Source of the DNA: Camelus ferus
Taxonomy: Eukaryota
Reading direction: 5' to 3'
Assembly (NCBI RefSeq): GCF_009834535.1
Contig: NC_045697.1
Coordinates: 29,824,001-29,888,000, forward strand
Length of the DNA: 64,000 bases
Of the stretch, positions 51,289 to 64,000 are shown piece after piece (positions within the stretch are counted from its first letter, which is position 1; each line of letters begins with the position of its first letter). The notes under the pieces are model-generated. The model searched no databases. It had not been told where the DNA came from and was given only the letters and a program-made list of their open reading frames with translations. Position numbers and translations under genes: made by a program.

Positions 51289-51735
51289 CCAAGGTTGCAT
51301 AATCTGTTTTGTGCCCTGGGTCCCTTTGATTGTCTGGGGAAGCCTGTAGACCCCCTCTCATAAAAATGTTTTAAATGTATCAAATAAGATAGATACATGG
51401 TACTACAAAGGAAGCCAGTTATGTTGGAATAAGTTGTGAAAATATTAAATTTGATATAGTAATATGTGTCTTTTTAAAAGCTAATTAAACATCAAGATTC
51501 AGTGGTGACTCTAAGAACTACTTTAATTTTAAAACATTGATGATAGTTAAAGATGTTTTTGATATCTTCAATAGTAATGTGACCAAAAAATCTCTGATTT
51601 CTTTTGGTCACAGATTCTGCTCATACTACTAGTTTATTAATTGAAGGAAATGATAGACATTAAATTTCAGAAATACGGGTGTAATTCTTCCAATTTCACG
51701 GACACCTTCAGTGTGATCTCTAGACTCCCACCCAT
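51289..51735. mobile_element. hAT-Charlie DNA transposon relic (Charlie4-like)
   Basis: ttttgtgccctgggtccctttgattgtctggggaagcctgtagaccccctctca..tacaaaggaagccagttatgttggaata. Confidence 0.6.
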
Positions 51736-54700
51736 CTGCGTGGACAGTGGTACCACCTTGTCTTTCCATCTCATTTCCTGGTCCTTGTGCCTCCCTGGCC
51801 TGACCCTGGGGTCAGACAAACTAACCCTATTCTTCAGTCTTGCCCATTGTGCTTGTAGATGTTTGTACAGCCCAAGAAACTCTTCACTTCCACCAGGTAT
51901 TTTTTTGTTCCTTTCTGTTAGACTCTATTTAAGAGTCTCAGTCTGCATTATTATCTCATCCATCCAGCCATTCATCGATTCATCCAATATTTATTGAGAG
52001 TCAACTAGGTACCAGGTACAGATCTAGACACTGGGGACATGGTGGAGAAATGCCATGTGACTGTAGAGCATGGAGACCTAGTTAACCTTAGAGGTCAGGG
52101 AAGGCCAGAAGCTGAGAGATTTACAATAAGATCTGTAAGATCTGGTTAAAGAGGGTTGGGGGGGGGGGTGAGGAAATGAAGGGGATGTTCCAGGCAGAAT
52201 ACAGCAGACACTTATCTACAGATAAGGAAAGGAAACCGTTCCTCATAGTTAAATGACTTGTCAAAGCCACACAACCATGAACCTGGGAGTCCTTATCTGT
52301 TCAGTCTGTACCATCCAAGGTTAGCAATGACATTATCCTCTGCAGTGCTCTGTGTCTATTGACTGTTTCAGCTCATAGCTACGTGTGGAACTAGCCAATC
52401 TGATGTATCTGTTTATCTTTCCGTCTCAAGTTGGATATTCATTGAGGAAACTTCTGAGTGTGTTTGTGTGTGCGTGCACATTTTAAACTCTGATGTAAGC
52501 TGAAATTCTGAGACCCCCGATTGCACCCAGGAAAGACTTAACATTACATAATAATGATAATGATGATGATATGAAATGGTATTAGTTAACATTTATTGAG
52601 CCTTCCCTGTGTACCAGGCTGTCTTCTATATGCTTTACACACATTCATTCACTTAATGCTCAGAACACTCCTCTAAGGTAAAGAATACTATTCAAGTACA
52701 CAGGAGGAGAGTGGCCTGAGCTTACAGTTGTATCTAGAACATAGTCAGGCTAGGATTTCAACTGTGGTAGAATGGCTCCAGATTCCATTTTCTCAAATTA
52801 CTAAGTCCTATACTCGTATATACTTCCGCTTGTGTAAAACTTGGATAATAGAGGGATAAGAATTTGCATGAAACCCTTTATGTATAACCCATTCCTTTGG
52901 TCATGTGGCATTTTAACTCATCATGGCCAAAGTTATCATCAAAATTTTCTGCCCAAAATTACTATGTCGCTGTATAATATTTTTTCAGTGAGCTCCTTGA
53001 AGGTTTACGAGGCCTTCAAACCTCACTTTTTCCTTTCTCCCTGATCTTGCCTGGCTGTGATTCATTGCCTGATTGACACTTTCACCACCCACCTCTGTGG
53101 TCCATCACTTGCCAAGGAGCTCAGCTCCTAGAAAAAGAAAGGACATCCCTGACACAGGTTGAAAGTGCCTGTCAAAAATAGATTAAAGAGAAAAGAACAA
53201 AACAAAACAAAAACAAAAACAAAAGATTAAAGAGAATTTGCATTTAAAGAAATCAACCCCATTAGCAGAGCTTTTTAGCTATGTCCCAGTTAAATTAAGT
53301 CATTTTTAAGAAATGTTTTCTTCTTGTACTTTGAGGCTTGGTCCACAGCTCTCATCCTGCATTGGGGTTGGTACAGTTGAGCTGTGATTTATTAGGTACA
53401 AATTGAAGATTTCATGTGGAGCTTGGTTTTCCTCATGCTCATGCAGCCAAATATTTTTAATTGTGTCCAAGAAAGGGTCCAGTTGAAAATTAGAAGATAT
53501 TACTAAGTGAAATATAATTATGTCTTGAAGATATCTGACAGCTGTTGTTTTAGGTGCTGAACTGCATATCTCAACTCATATTTTTCCTTCACTTTTCAGA
53601 TTTGAAGACTTTTAGATTATCCCATTATCTGCAGAGGTTACTTAAGGATACTAAGTGACGAGGTTTTATTCAGAAGGAGAACTAGAGGTAAAATCAGAAA
53701 CTCAAATACTAATATTTAGGGCAGTATTAAAAAAAGAATATGGTAATTGGGTCAGTTTATATATGTATGCATGTGTATGAGAAGACAAATGGACTGGAAA
53801 AGGGAAAACTTTTTTGCATTATACTGTAATACTGACACATTAAAATAGTGCTTTGTAGAGGAGGAATCAGCCTTAGAAGGTTGGAGGAGTTGACCAAGGG
53901 GCTATGGGGAGTGAGGACAGAGCCAGGATTGAAACACATGGTTCTGGCTTCAAGTACACTTGACCTTTGCCTTCTGGCCAAGCAGATGTCAAGAAGGATC
54001 CACTATGTCAAGAGAAAAAAATGGAAAGAGAAGGTGCTCATCTTGGGGGCTGATATGGTATAGTTGACTCTGGATTTAAAAAAAAAAATGGGTTTAGTAC
54101 AACCCTGGGCTTATCAGTTTTGTAACCTGTGTAAGTTACCAGACCTGGGGCCTCAAGTTCGGAAATCCTCATACCTGACCTGAAAGGTCCTGGGGAGATG
54201 AGCTTCCCAACCGCCTCTGAGATAAACTGAAATCATGTACGTGGCAGTCCTGGTGCTTGATAAATGTGAAATTCCCTTCTCCTTTCTTTGCATACAGATC
54301 TGTTAGTTGTCTAAATTTTTCCTGATGGCATTATTTGTTGTCTGTGGAGTCTTCTCTGTATTATAAAATCTTATTAAAAAACCATTTTATTATGTGCACC
54401 AAGTAGACTTAATAAGTAAAAAACAAAACAAAACAAAACAGAGCTTTTGTATGTTTAAAGTATCTTCCAGGAGGTTTTTATCTGGCCAAATAGTTCGAAA
54501 CTTTGTGAAGTCATGAAGATGCCCTCTTCAGTTTAGCTTTTAAGAAAATAGTGAAGATGTAACATAAACACCAAGAGAAATGCTGAGATACTAACATCTT
54601 ATCCCATTTATCCTGTGGCTGTGAATATTTATTTAGCATTGTTGTGATTTTTGTTGTGGAGTGGTTAATGTCCAGACCAGTTCTACATAATGGAAAGCTA

Positions 54701-55814
54701 ACCTCAAGTAGGAGGAGGATAAATGGGTTTAAAAAAAAACAAAAAAAAAAAAACTAGCAGAGGTCGCTGTGTCGGGGAAGGAGATTGATGACTGAGGACT
54801 AATAGACCAGGGGTAGCTGGTGCAGGGTTTCAGCGCAGACCCTGAGAGTGTGGGGTGGTGGGTAGAATGGAAAATATCATTAGTGGATAATAAATATATT
54901 TTGTTTATACTTGAGTTCTTTATGTTTATATGAGGAAAGATTAGATTACAGATTTATTGTAGCTCATTCCCCAAAATATCTGGGAGTGAATAAAAACTGT
55001 ATAATCCTCTATTACTCATATTAACAGTGTAGGGGAGGCAGGAAGAGGGTGTGTGTGGATGATACAGAACAATGAATAAGGAAAAAACCACTGAAGGCTG
55101 ACAGGCTCTCACAGAGTCTTCTCTGTCTTCTGCCTGACCTTCCTGGATGGACAACGCTGGACACAGCTGAATCCTTAGCATAAGGAAAGGAGATGGGACG
55201 GAAGGGACAACTCAGATGCCACTGACGATTGATGATCTTAAATTAAAAAAAAAAAAATCTCCCAACATTGCTCCCCCACAAAAAACCCCTATTTTTCTCT
55301 CAACGTCCCACACTCAGTGTAATACACTTACAAGCCTCTAATGCCTGACTTGATCCTCACTGCAATGATTAGAGTCAGATGTTTAGACACACTAGGCTAA
55401 TGTGCTTTGACTTGGCCACAGCTAAGCCCGTAAATCCATATGGCAGATACTGGGTGACTGCCATTTTTGTTATGAGCATAAATTATGTCGGACCTGGAGC
55501 CTAATGTAAAATCGTGCATTATGTTGTCTTGTCAACCAATCATCACGGAAGCCTTTGTTTGATGTTGGTCCTGATTGTCTAATTTCCAGAGAATGAAATG
55601 AAGTAAAAGGTGCCAACTTCAAATTCAGATGTCAGCCAGACATGATGATAACGTTATATAAACTTATGCTTTAAGACAATGTAAATCTCACAAGTGGTTC
55701 TCAATATATAAAGAGTAAAACCATTCAATGCTCTTAAAGAGTGTGCTGCACATATGGCACTCAAAATATTCAAAAAAGAAAATGTTATTGATAAAGTGGA
55801 AAGTAACCATAATA

Positions 55815-56040
55815 GAATGATTAGGAGTGTGGGATTTGAAACCAAACCTTAGTCTGAGTCTTGGTCTGGCCTCTTGCTAACTGTTTCATCTCTCTCAACC
55901 TCATTCCCCCCATGCATACGATGAGGGTAGCATAATATCTGTTTCATAGAGATGTTGTGATGATTAATTGAGATGATGTGTATTGTAGGCTTTAGCCTAG
56001 CATGTTGTGAGTACTCAAGAAATGCAGTTAGTAATAATAT
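55815..56040 (+). mobile_element. MIR SINE
   Basis: ctctctcaacctcattcccc..tcatagagatgttgtgatgattaattgagatgatgtg..gtactcaagaaatg. Confidence 0.65.
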
Positions 56041-57440
56041 AAATAGATAATAAAGTTATCACTCTTAACATCTTGGGTTTATAGTACCTTCCTGAAGATG
56101 GAGAGGGATTCACACCTGTTGCTGTTACTGATGTTGTAGAGTATACTTATTTTTGTCTCTTAGGGCCCTTGAAAGCAATGTGGAGATGCCAATAGTATGT
56201 CCTCGAGGTTTATTATTGGGAGGTGACCTGATAGTGATTTTTTTTAACATCCAATTAAAGTGAAATGTTCTTTAAACTTTCCCTTCCCTCTCTTGTCCCC
56301 CTCCCTCCTTGAAGAGAACTTTGGTGGTAATAATGTCTATATGATTTTCTTGTTGTTGGAATAAATGATCTAAATTGAGTGTATGAAACAGCATGTCGCA
56401 GGGGAAAAAACAGGACTAGAAGTCACAAGTCTGAAACCGCCCTTGCCTACGCCTCTGTCCTTCAGCTTTGGAGGACAGATTGTGGAAACATCACCAGCTA
56501 TTTGCTGCTTCTGTGGCTCCAGTTAGTCATTGCTTTCTTTGTCTACGTGTCTGGTGTTGCTATTAGTGTGTGTGCATGCTATGATGCTTGGAACGCCATA
56601 TGGTTATTAAAAAAAAAAAAACAGTTGCCTACCCATGAGACTGTGAGTTCTTTGAGGGTATTTTATGTATCTTTATTTTCCCAGTGCCCAGCAGAGAGCC
56701 TTGAGCTGAACACCAGCTTAGTTAACACTTTTCGAGTGATCGCATGGCCAGAATCAAGGCATGACTTCAGGCTTTCTTGCTGGGTGGTCTTGAGAAATTT
56801 ACTTACTTTTAAAACCCACAATTTCCTTGTTTCTCACATGAGCATCACACCTGATTTGTCCCCTATAAATCATCGATGTAAACCCCAATGAAGCAATGTG
56901 TTTTATGTACATCGCAAAATGTTGGACAATAGAAGATAATTTTAAAAAGTCATAATATTGAAATCTAAGCTCTAATCTTTACTGTGATATGGTTCATAAT
57001 AGTGAGAATTGGAAACTTTTGTCACTAGGGCGCTTGCTAAATAACTGACACCACACATGTAACATCTATTACTGGGCAACTGATAATTTATCAACATTTT
57101 CATTATGTGCCAGGTCCTATTCTAGGCATTTAAGAAATATCTCATTTAATCCTTACAACATCACTCTCCAATCTGAGTGCCATTTTCCTAAACATTCAGA
57201 TGAAGTAGAACTACACTGAATAGCTTGGAAGGAGATACAGAACATTTTGGGTGTGGATGAGAAGCAGGCTGGGGAACAGTATGTAGAGCGTTGCATACAT
57301 TTATTAAGCAGAGAAGAAACACCCCTTATAGGTCATCCACCAAAAATTAACAGTGTAATTTATGCAGAAGCTTTTCTCTCTATAGGGTAATTTTCTGTTT
57401 GGTTTGAAAAAAATATTTTATTGTGAGCATGTATTATTTT

Positions 57441-57549
57441 TTATTTTTATTTTTTTAAATTGAGTTATAGTCAGTTTACAATGTTGTATCAATTTCTGGT
57501 GTACAGCCCAATTTATGAGTCATACATGCATGTACATGTATTCATTTTC
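57441..57549 (-). mobile_element. ~110-bp young L1 3' stub with perfect 15-bp TSD
   Basis: ttgagttatagtcagtttacaatgttgtatcaatttctggtgtacagc. TSD agcatgtattatttt at 57426-57440 and 57550-57564. Confidence 0.87.
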
Positions 57550-60500
57550 AGCATGTATTATTTTGTAGTTAATAAAATAAAGCAGTACATGACAGCTTTC
57601 AACCAAAGAAACTTTTGTTTTCTTATTCAAAACTAAAGATGCCCAGGATTTCTTGGATTTCCCACCCCCTGCCCACCATTTTCATTAACAGTGTGGTCTC
57701 TCCAGGGGCCCGTCACTGAGGTTTATGTGCCAGCGAAGTCGCCAGGCTTCCCGGAGCCACGCCGGGTGGCGAGGGGGCAGACCCTGTCGTCTGGTTGGCT
57801 TCCTGGGCACCTGCACCTTGTTGCTGGTGGGATTCAGCCTCTCACTGTTGCCTCAGAAACTTCTGTCACCACAGAACTTTCTCACACTTACTGGCCCAGA
57901 TGTTTGCTGAATCCCAGGGCTAGTGTGTGTGGTCAGGCAGCCAAATTCCAATTTTAGAATGTTGCTTGTGACCGTGAAACTCTGTTAACTCAGGCTTTGA
58001 AAGGCCTGACAGGGTGAGTGAGTGAGTGTGTGGTGTGTGTGTGTGTGTGTGTGCGTGCTGGGGAAGAGACAGTGATGAAGAACCATCAACAAGCAATTTC
58101 CAACCAGAGAACGAACATACATTTTGATTTCCAGAGGTTCTGAATGTTAGCAGTGAGAAAACAAAGGTATCTGAAAGGTCGAATGGCCCTGGAATTTTGT
58201 CACCCACATTTCACAAAGGATTGCACTAACATTTCTTTTTCCCCCCAGAAAGACACAGTGCTTATTTTGCCTTTGAATTTCCAGTTATTTCACAACATCC
58301 TTTAGTAATGTGTCTCAGAATTTGACCTTATTTACAAGTCACAAAGTTTTTTCTAATGCCTAAAATAAGCCTTTCTCCTTCTAAAACTTATAGAGGCACT
58401 TACATTTTGTTCCTTGGTTCCTTCCTTCCTTCCTCTCATTCTTCAGTGTCTCTTCTTTGACAGGCATTGTTATTAGCACTGGGGCTACAACTTTGAACCA
58501 GAGAGGCAGGTTCCCTTGCTCTCAGAAACTGACATTCTACAGGGGACAGACAATAAATAAATAAAATAAGAATTTCAGATACTATTAAGCACTATGAATA
58601 AAACCAAACACGATAATGTGATCGAAATGGGCCTGAAAAGTGGAGGAGGGAGGGGACTTCCTGATTTCGATTGGATGCTCTGGGAGAGCTTCTCTGTGGA
58701 GCTGACCTGTCAGGAGACCTGAATGACGGGAAATTATGGGAAAGACTGTTGACAAGACCTGGGAGCTTCATTTTTCCCCAGTGTAAATGGTGGCGGGTGG
58801 GGCAGGAGGAGGATACCTATCTTATAGGTTGGTTGGGGTTAAGTGACATGACATGCGAGGATACCTGACACTGTGCTTGGGCTCATAAAAGCCTTAAATG
58901 ATAGTAATAGTAGGGCTTTAAAAAAATACCCTTCCCCACACCACAACTTTGCATGTCCATTAGTTGAAGTAGTCACCATATCATCTATATGAAAATCTGT
59001 TGGCAGTAGAGGCCAGAGCAAAAGATCTACAAGAGCCGTACTTTGGGCTTACAGAGTAGGAGCAAACAAGATCATGCAAGAATCTAGCCTGGCTCTTCAG
59101 CTCACTGGACGGGTTAATTTTCTTCCATTATTTGCCAGCTTTATTTCAAGAATTGGCTGCAACTTAGTTATTTGATAGATGAGTTGGACGTAGGACTTCA
59201 CCAGATGAACCACGCCTAGATTTACTTAACTCAATTCCTTCTCCCCAAAGAGATGAGTTGCAGGAAGCCCTGAAGGCAGGGCCAACACACTAGCTAGCCT
59301 CAGGAGACTCCTGAAATATGCTCAGCTCTTGGCAGGTCCCGCACTGAAACTCCCAAGTTCTTCAGAGTAGAGCGTGGAAGGGATGGCTTTGGCTTGCGAA
59401 GATTTGACGGCAGGTGTTACCTTGCAGCTGCCAAGTGCTGGATGACAGAGATTCCTCATTGCAAGAATGCTGCAGAAAGCACATTTTGCTGTACGTGGGC
59501 CAATTTGAATTTATTCTAACTAGATGTAATTGTTGTAGACTTTATTTCACGAGCTGCCTTCAAGGTTTACTGGAGTGATACAACAATAACGAATGCTCCC
59601 ATTTGTCTAGCATCTACACCTTGACCTGGCCCTTTGGCCTGACAGCAGTCCTGGTGTTTGTTAGGCTCAGCCCAGGAGTGCCACCCCCCGTAGGGTGGCA
59701 GTGGCAGTGAGGGCTGTTGGCGCTGTGATGCTGGGCTTGCTGGGGCTGAATCCAGGTTCGATCACTAGCTGAGAGGTGCTGCTTGACCTGTTTAACTACT
59801 GGATGACTTGGTTCCTTGTTGCGAAGTAAGGCTCAAAGTATTCATCTCAAGGAGTGATGTGAGGATTAAGTTAATATATGTAAGCCCCTTAGAGGAATGC
59901 CTGGGCCTGAACCAAGATTTTACAAGGGGGAAGATGGAGACTCCAGAGGTCACACTGCTGGCTTGAGTGAGCACATTTGCACAACTGGGACCCAACATGA
60001 ATCTCTTGATTGTAAGTCTAGTAACCTTTCTACTTCTTCGTGTGTTAAACAGTTGTTGGTTATGATTTTAAAACAGACTCAGAAAGTGGCATATTAGGAT
60101 ATTTAGGATTATTGTAATAAAATAGCACATTAGCGTCTGTGCTGTTAACTTTGCATATGGGGAAACTGAGGTTCATAGTGGTGAATTTGAAATGACTCCT
60201 GATGTTGTCTTGTTTGTTTTCATTTTAAATGCCATAGTCTTTTTATATCTGCCTCCTAGTTTTATAATGAGTGTGAAAAGCATAATGCTGAAAATGATAT
60301 CTTCAATATTACAATCAAATATTGTAATTGAACTTTCCCTTGAGGCAAAACTAAGAATATGACTTTAAAAATGAACTGGAAATGTATACATCGCAATTAG
60401 CATTTTTTTTTCTAAAATGGAGTCACAGACTTTCTCACTGACGTTGTCATTCCACAAATATATCTCAATTTCTCCTTGGAAATTATCTGAACAATCAGCA

Positions 60501-62404
60501 TTATCTAATTTTAATATTAATTTTTTAAAAATAAAAAATTATTTGAGGACACATTTGGTAAAAAAAAAAACAAATGGGAGAAAATTACTGAATATTTTTT
60601 TCAGAAACAGAAACTGGCGTCAAAAGTAAAATAAGAAAATGGTAGATGAATCATCAATTTGGGGTTAACAAGCTAAAGGCGTGGCAAGATTGTGATTTCC
60701 CTGTGCGGTCCCAGCAGATAGATGGAAGATTTCACACGGCATTCTCCGTCACCATGGCTGCCTCAGTGCAAGAAGTGAATTCCCTGCCAGGAGGCCACTC
60801 TGAAGCTGGCATCATGGGGTGCTTGACGAACATCGTCAGAAACCCTCTGTGCGGTATGAAGAGGTAAAGGAGAGTCAGCAAACTTATGAACTGGCTTGAA
60901 GGCATTACTTTTCTTTCCAGGGGGAATTGACTAAGGGGAAGCCTTTTGGCTTTGACTACAGCCATCTACAAATGGAAACATTTGAATTTCTTGAAGCCTG
61001 GGAGAGAGTTTTGGGTGGGACGCACACCAACACAGTCAAGAGGCTGTTAAAGTGAATTCTGCAAATGAGTAGAGAAATGATTTGCCTGAAATCCGAGGCT
61101 GATGTCTTGGGTATCAGTAAGTCCTGCAGAGTTGTGAGGAGAGCACGAGGGGGTATGGAGTTGGGCTTGGAGGTTGGGGGAGATGTGAGAAGCCATGGTG
61201 GTGGTCTGTTGGGAGAGGCAGGGGAATGGGTAAGTTGTGGGCTTCCAGAGAATTTCCTGGAGGAGGGAAGAAGCGGAGTTAGCCAAGGAGGGGATGTCCT
61301 GAGGGTGCCCGCAGGCCAACTTGTAATCCTCTGATTTGCTGCAGGCGCACCATGGACACACAGGGAGACGGGCCGTGTCTGCCTGGAGTCACAGACTGGG
61401 GACTAGCAAGCTGAGGCCCTTCCCTGCTTCAGTAAAACATGTACAAAACCACCGATTTTCATCAGCCATTCAGGACTGAAGCTCTCACTTCATTGGCCTG
61501 AGGCAGGGCACTCTGGACGTAGTAAATGGCTTGGAATGTGACACTTGTACATTCTCCTAAGCTTTCATATCAGACATATAAAAGTCAGACGTTTGTCTCA
61601 CAGCAGATTTAGTCTAGGATTTCCAGTTGTAGCTGTGACAGTGGTTGTTAACTTTCACAACTTATTTCTCTTATACTTTAAATTGAGTCTGAGGCAGTAA
61701 TTTTTGTAGACATCAAATATGGAAATACATGATCGTGTGCAGGAAATTTAAGCATCAGGAGATGATTTTTAACATGGGATGAGAATAAGTTTCTGTTTCA
61801 AGGCTAACATCATCATGAAGAATACAAGCCAGGAAAATGCTACAAAACCATCTAAATTCAAAAGACCCTTCCAGTTACCTGTTCTACTTGCGAAGAGAGT
61901 TCTTCTATCCAGGAAAAGAAACATGCGCATTAGTCTTTCTCGGTTAGACCGAAGCCTTAGCTGGAAAGGAAAGGAAAATGAACTTCTCTGTGACCTTAAA
62001 TAAGTACCCAATCTCTCTACACTTTAGTTTCCTCAGGTCAAAAATAAGGTTAATAATAGTGTCTACATTACTGGATTTTTCTGAGAATTAAATAAAACGT
62101 GTATAGCGCCTAGCATATAAGTATACAGTGAATGTAAAAAAAAGTTGTATGACGCGCTGCTCTCAGTCAGTAGTAAGCGGCAGTCACTCTCTTATGCTGG
62201 GGAGAAGGGGAATCACAGAGCTCAAGTCCCGTCCTCATGGCCACGTATTTACGTAAAGGGGGGGACTGGGGTTCAAACCAAATTCCTTCTGACTACAGAA
62301 GCTCGTATTCCTCCCACTGCACTTCCTTTTTCTGATTAACGAATGCTGTATCAGTGAGCGAACAGTAAATTCATGAATTTCATTAGCTTTTATTGGATAT
62401 CATG

Positions 62405-62605
62405 CTCTGGGTCCACTGTGTCTTAGCTGAGTAAACTTATGTGAGTTATTTCACACCTTTCTGTACCTCAGTTTCCTCATCTGTAAAGTGGGAGAGAGAC
62501 TGGTATCTGTATATGGGATTGTATGAGCCTTCAATGAGTTTTAACACAGAAAGTGCTTACCGCAATGCCTGGCACACAGCATATGCTCAAGAAATGGTGG
62601 TGATT
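62405..62605 (+). mobile_element. MIR SINE
   Basis: ctgtacctcagtttcctcatctgtaaagtggg..aaagtgcttaccgcaatgcctggcacacagcatatgctcaagaaatg. Confidence 0.75.
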
Positions 62606-62771
62606 GTTGGTTTTGTTCTCAGCACTGTCATCGTTGATGGTTTAGTGTTGTTTCACGGACTCTGCTTTCAGTGTGGGCTTCCAGCACTCTGACTTCTGCT
62701 TTGGTTGAGGTGGTGGGTCTGGCACTCTCCCTCCAGGCATCACCCTTTTTCTGATATGAGCCACCAGAATT

Positions 62772-62924
62772 GCAGGTGGAGTGTTTGTTAAGAGCAAACC
62801 CTCATATTCGCTTATGTTACTTAGGGTGTATGCACTCTATAAATTTTTTAATATCTGGAAAATTCTGAATTTTAAAACATGTCTGGCCCCAAGGCTTTCC
62901 AGTCAGCCTCTGTGCGGACCTGTA
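62772..62924. mobile_element. Possible ancient TcMar-Tigger-like relic
   Basis: tctggaaaattctgaattttaaaacatgtctggccccaaggctttcc..ggacctgta resembles old Tigger termini ending in TA. Confidence 0.4.
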
Positions 62925-63186
62925 TGTAGTAAGATTACTTTAAACAGTCAGTAAGACTCTTTGAACCAGGACTCAGGATATTTTTTTTGACACAATTGTT
63001 AAACATAAAATAAAAGCAATGTTTGGTTGAACAATGAGTCAACATGTTTACCGAGACACGGTATCTCATTTTTCCTTAAGGTCTTTCATTCATTCAACCA
63101 ACATTTCAAAAAGTCCCCAGTATGTGCCAGATACTGTGTTAAACAAATAGGTCCAACATTTCTGCTTCTCAAACCTTATAGCCTGG

Positions 63187-63188
<2 letters not shown>

Positions 63189-63235
<47 letters not shown>

Positions 63236-63256
63236 AGAGAGAGAGAGAGAGAGAGA
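63189..63256. repeat. Compound microsatellite (GT)22 AT (GA)11
   Basis: Counted directly from the sequence. Confidence 0.95.
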
Positions 63257-63569
63257 CTTAAAAACAGACACATTTTAATATGTCCTGGTGGTTGCTGTGA
63301 TTATCCCAAGCTGGTAGAAGTCTTGGTTGAAGGCTGAGAATTGAGAAGTCAAGTTTTAAGCTGAAGTTAAGGCGTGGGGTTCAGGGGAAAGCAAGGGTGT
63401 GGTGGAGAGAAGGTGGAAGTGGTCGGGGAAAAGCTGAAGCAGCACAGTGGTGCTTCCTTCCGATTGGCAGGACCAGTCTGCGGATTACTTTTCCCTAGGA
63501 GTGATATTCTGAACCTCAGAATAATTAGGTAAGATTTTGCCAATAGTGCTGTTCTGTCTCCCTTTTGGT

Positions 63570-63747
63570 TTGTTTTTGTTTTAAAAAAAAGTACTTATTT
63601 ATTTATTTATTGCTTTTGTTTTGTTTTGGGGGAGGTAAGTAGGCTTATTTATTTACTGATTTATTTTTAATGGAGGTGTTGGGGATTGCACCCAGAACCT
63701 GGTACGTGCTAAGCATGTGCTCTACCACAGAGCTATACTCTCCCCCC
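63570..63747 (-). mobile_element. Camelid Vic-1-type SINE (more diverged)
   Basis: Reverse strand reads GGGGGGAGAGTATAGCTCTGTGGTAGAGCACATGCTTAGCACGTACCAGGTTCTGGGTGCAATCCCCAACACCTCCA plus an A-rich tail. Confidence 0.82.
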
Positions 63748-64000
63748 ATCCCTTTTTGATATGAGCAACTAAAGCATCTTTTGTGAATGTTTTCCCCACT
63801 CACACACAGTCCTATGCATTTGACAGAGTTCTTTCTTCAGTCTCCTCCCTCCCTTCCCTCCTTCCTCTCTTTCCTTCCTCTCTTCCCTCTCTTCCACCCC
63901 TTATGAACATAGAACTGTGTATAATTTATGTAGCTATGGTGATTCTTGCTCCTGATCTTGTTTCACCTGTAAGGCCGAAGTGAAATTGAGGCCTTTTAGA

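Larger units (their letters stand above)
1463..64000 (+). other. LIMCH1: LIMCH1 intron 1 (continues past the window end)
   Basis: Starts at the GT donor. No exon encoding the expected continuation (QVTGRSFGDKDF...) was seen. Repeat-rich, consistent with the very long first intron known for LIMCH1. Confidence 0.8.

Noticed and set aside
56379..56891. 170-aa + strand ORF (also 151 aa at 50620-51075)
   Set aside because: Non-ATG starts, no recognisable domain, and the former overlaps MIR/L2-like relics and a poly-A run.
59679..59700. 8-bp perfect hairpin TGCCACCC-cccgta-GGGTGGCA
   Set aside because: Short inverted repeats of this size are expected by chance in 64 kb, and there is no supporting context.
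60754..60863. Strong Kozak ACCATGG ORF followed by donor-like AG|GTAAAG, a possible alternative first exon
   Set aside because: The 110 nt to the donor is phase 2, while the exon 1 donor is phase 0, so it would be out of frame with exon 2. No promoter features or homology.
1..64000. CRISPR array, operon or other prokaryote-style system
   Set aside because: No regularly spaced repeat-spacer arrays or dense coding. The DNA is a mammalian promoter plus intron.

Overview
Mammalian genomic DNA, very probably from a camelid, judged from three Vic-1-type tRNA-Ala-derived SINEs and young cetartiodactyl-type L1 tails. The window holds the CpG-island promoter and first coding exon of LIMCH1 on the + strand: ATG at 1367, 32 codons [32 protein letters not shown], then a phase-0 GT donor at 1463. 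About 62.5 kb of intron 1 follows; I did not find the next coding exon (expected to begin QVTGRSFG...). The intron is a typical repeat mosaic. It has one near-full-length but dead antisense L1 (~20507-26955) that split a MaLR LTR, plus a MER20 nested in another MaLR LTR. It also has short L1 3' stubs with clear target-site duplications (TSDs), L2, MIR, MER5, MER53, Charlie and Tigger relics, and microsatellites. Nearly all ORFs in the supplied track are L1 remnants or chance ORFs. I see no evidence of a novel multi-gene system; the best leads are regulatory or concern transposon history. Repeat family names come from recalled consensus sequences, not a database search, and boundaries of old repeats are approximate.
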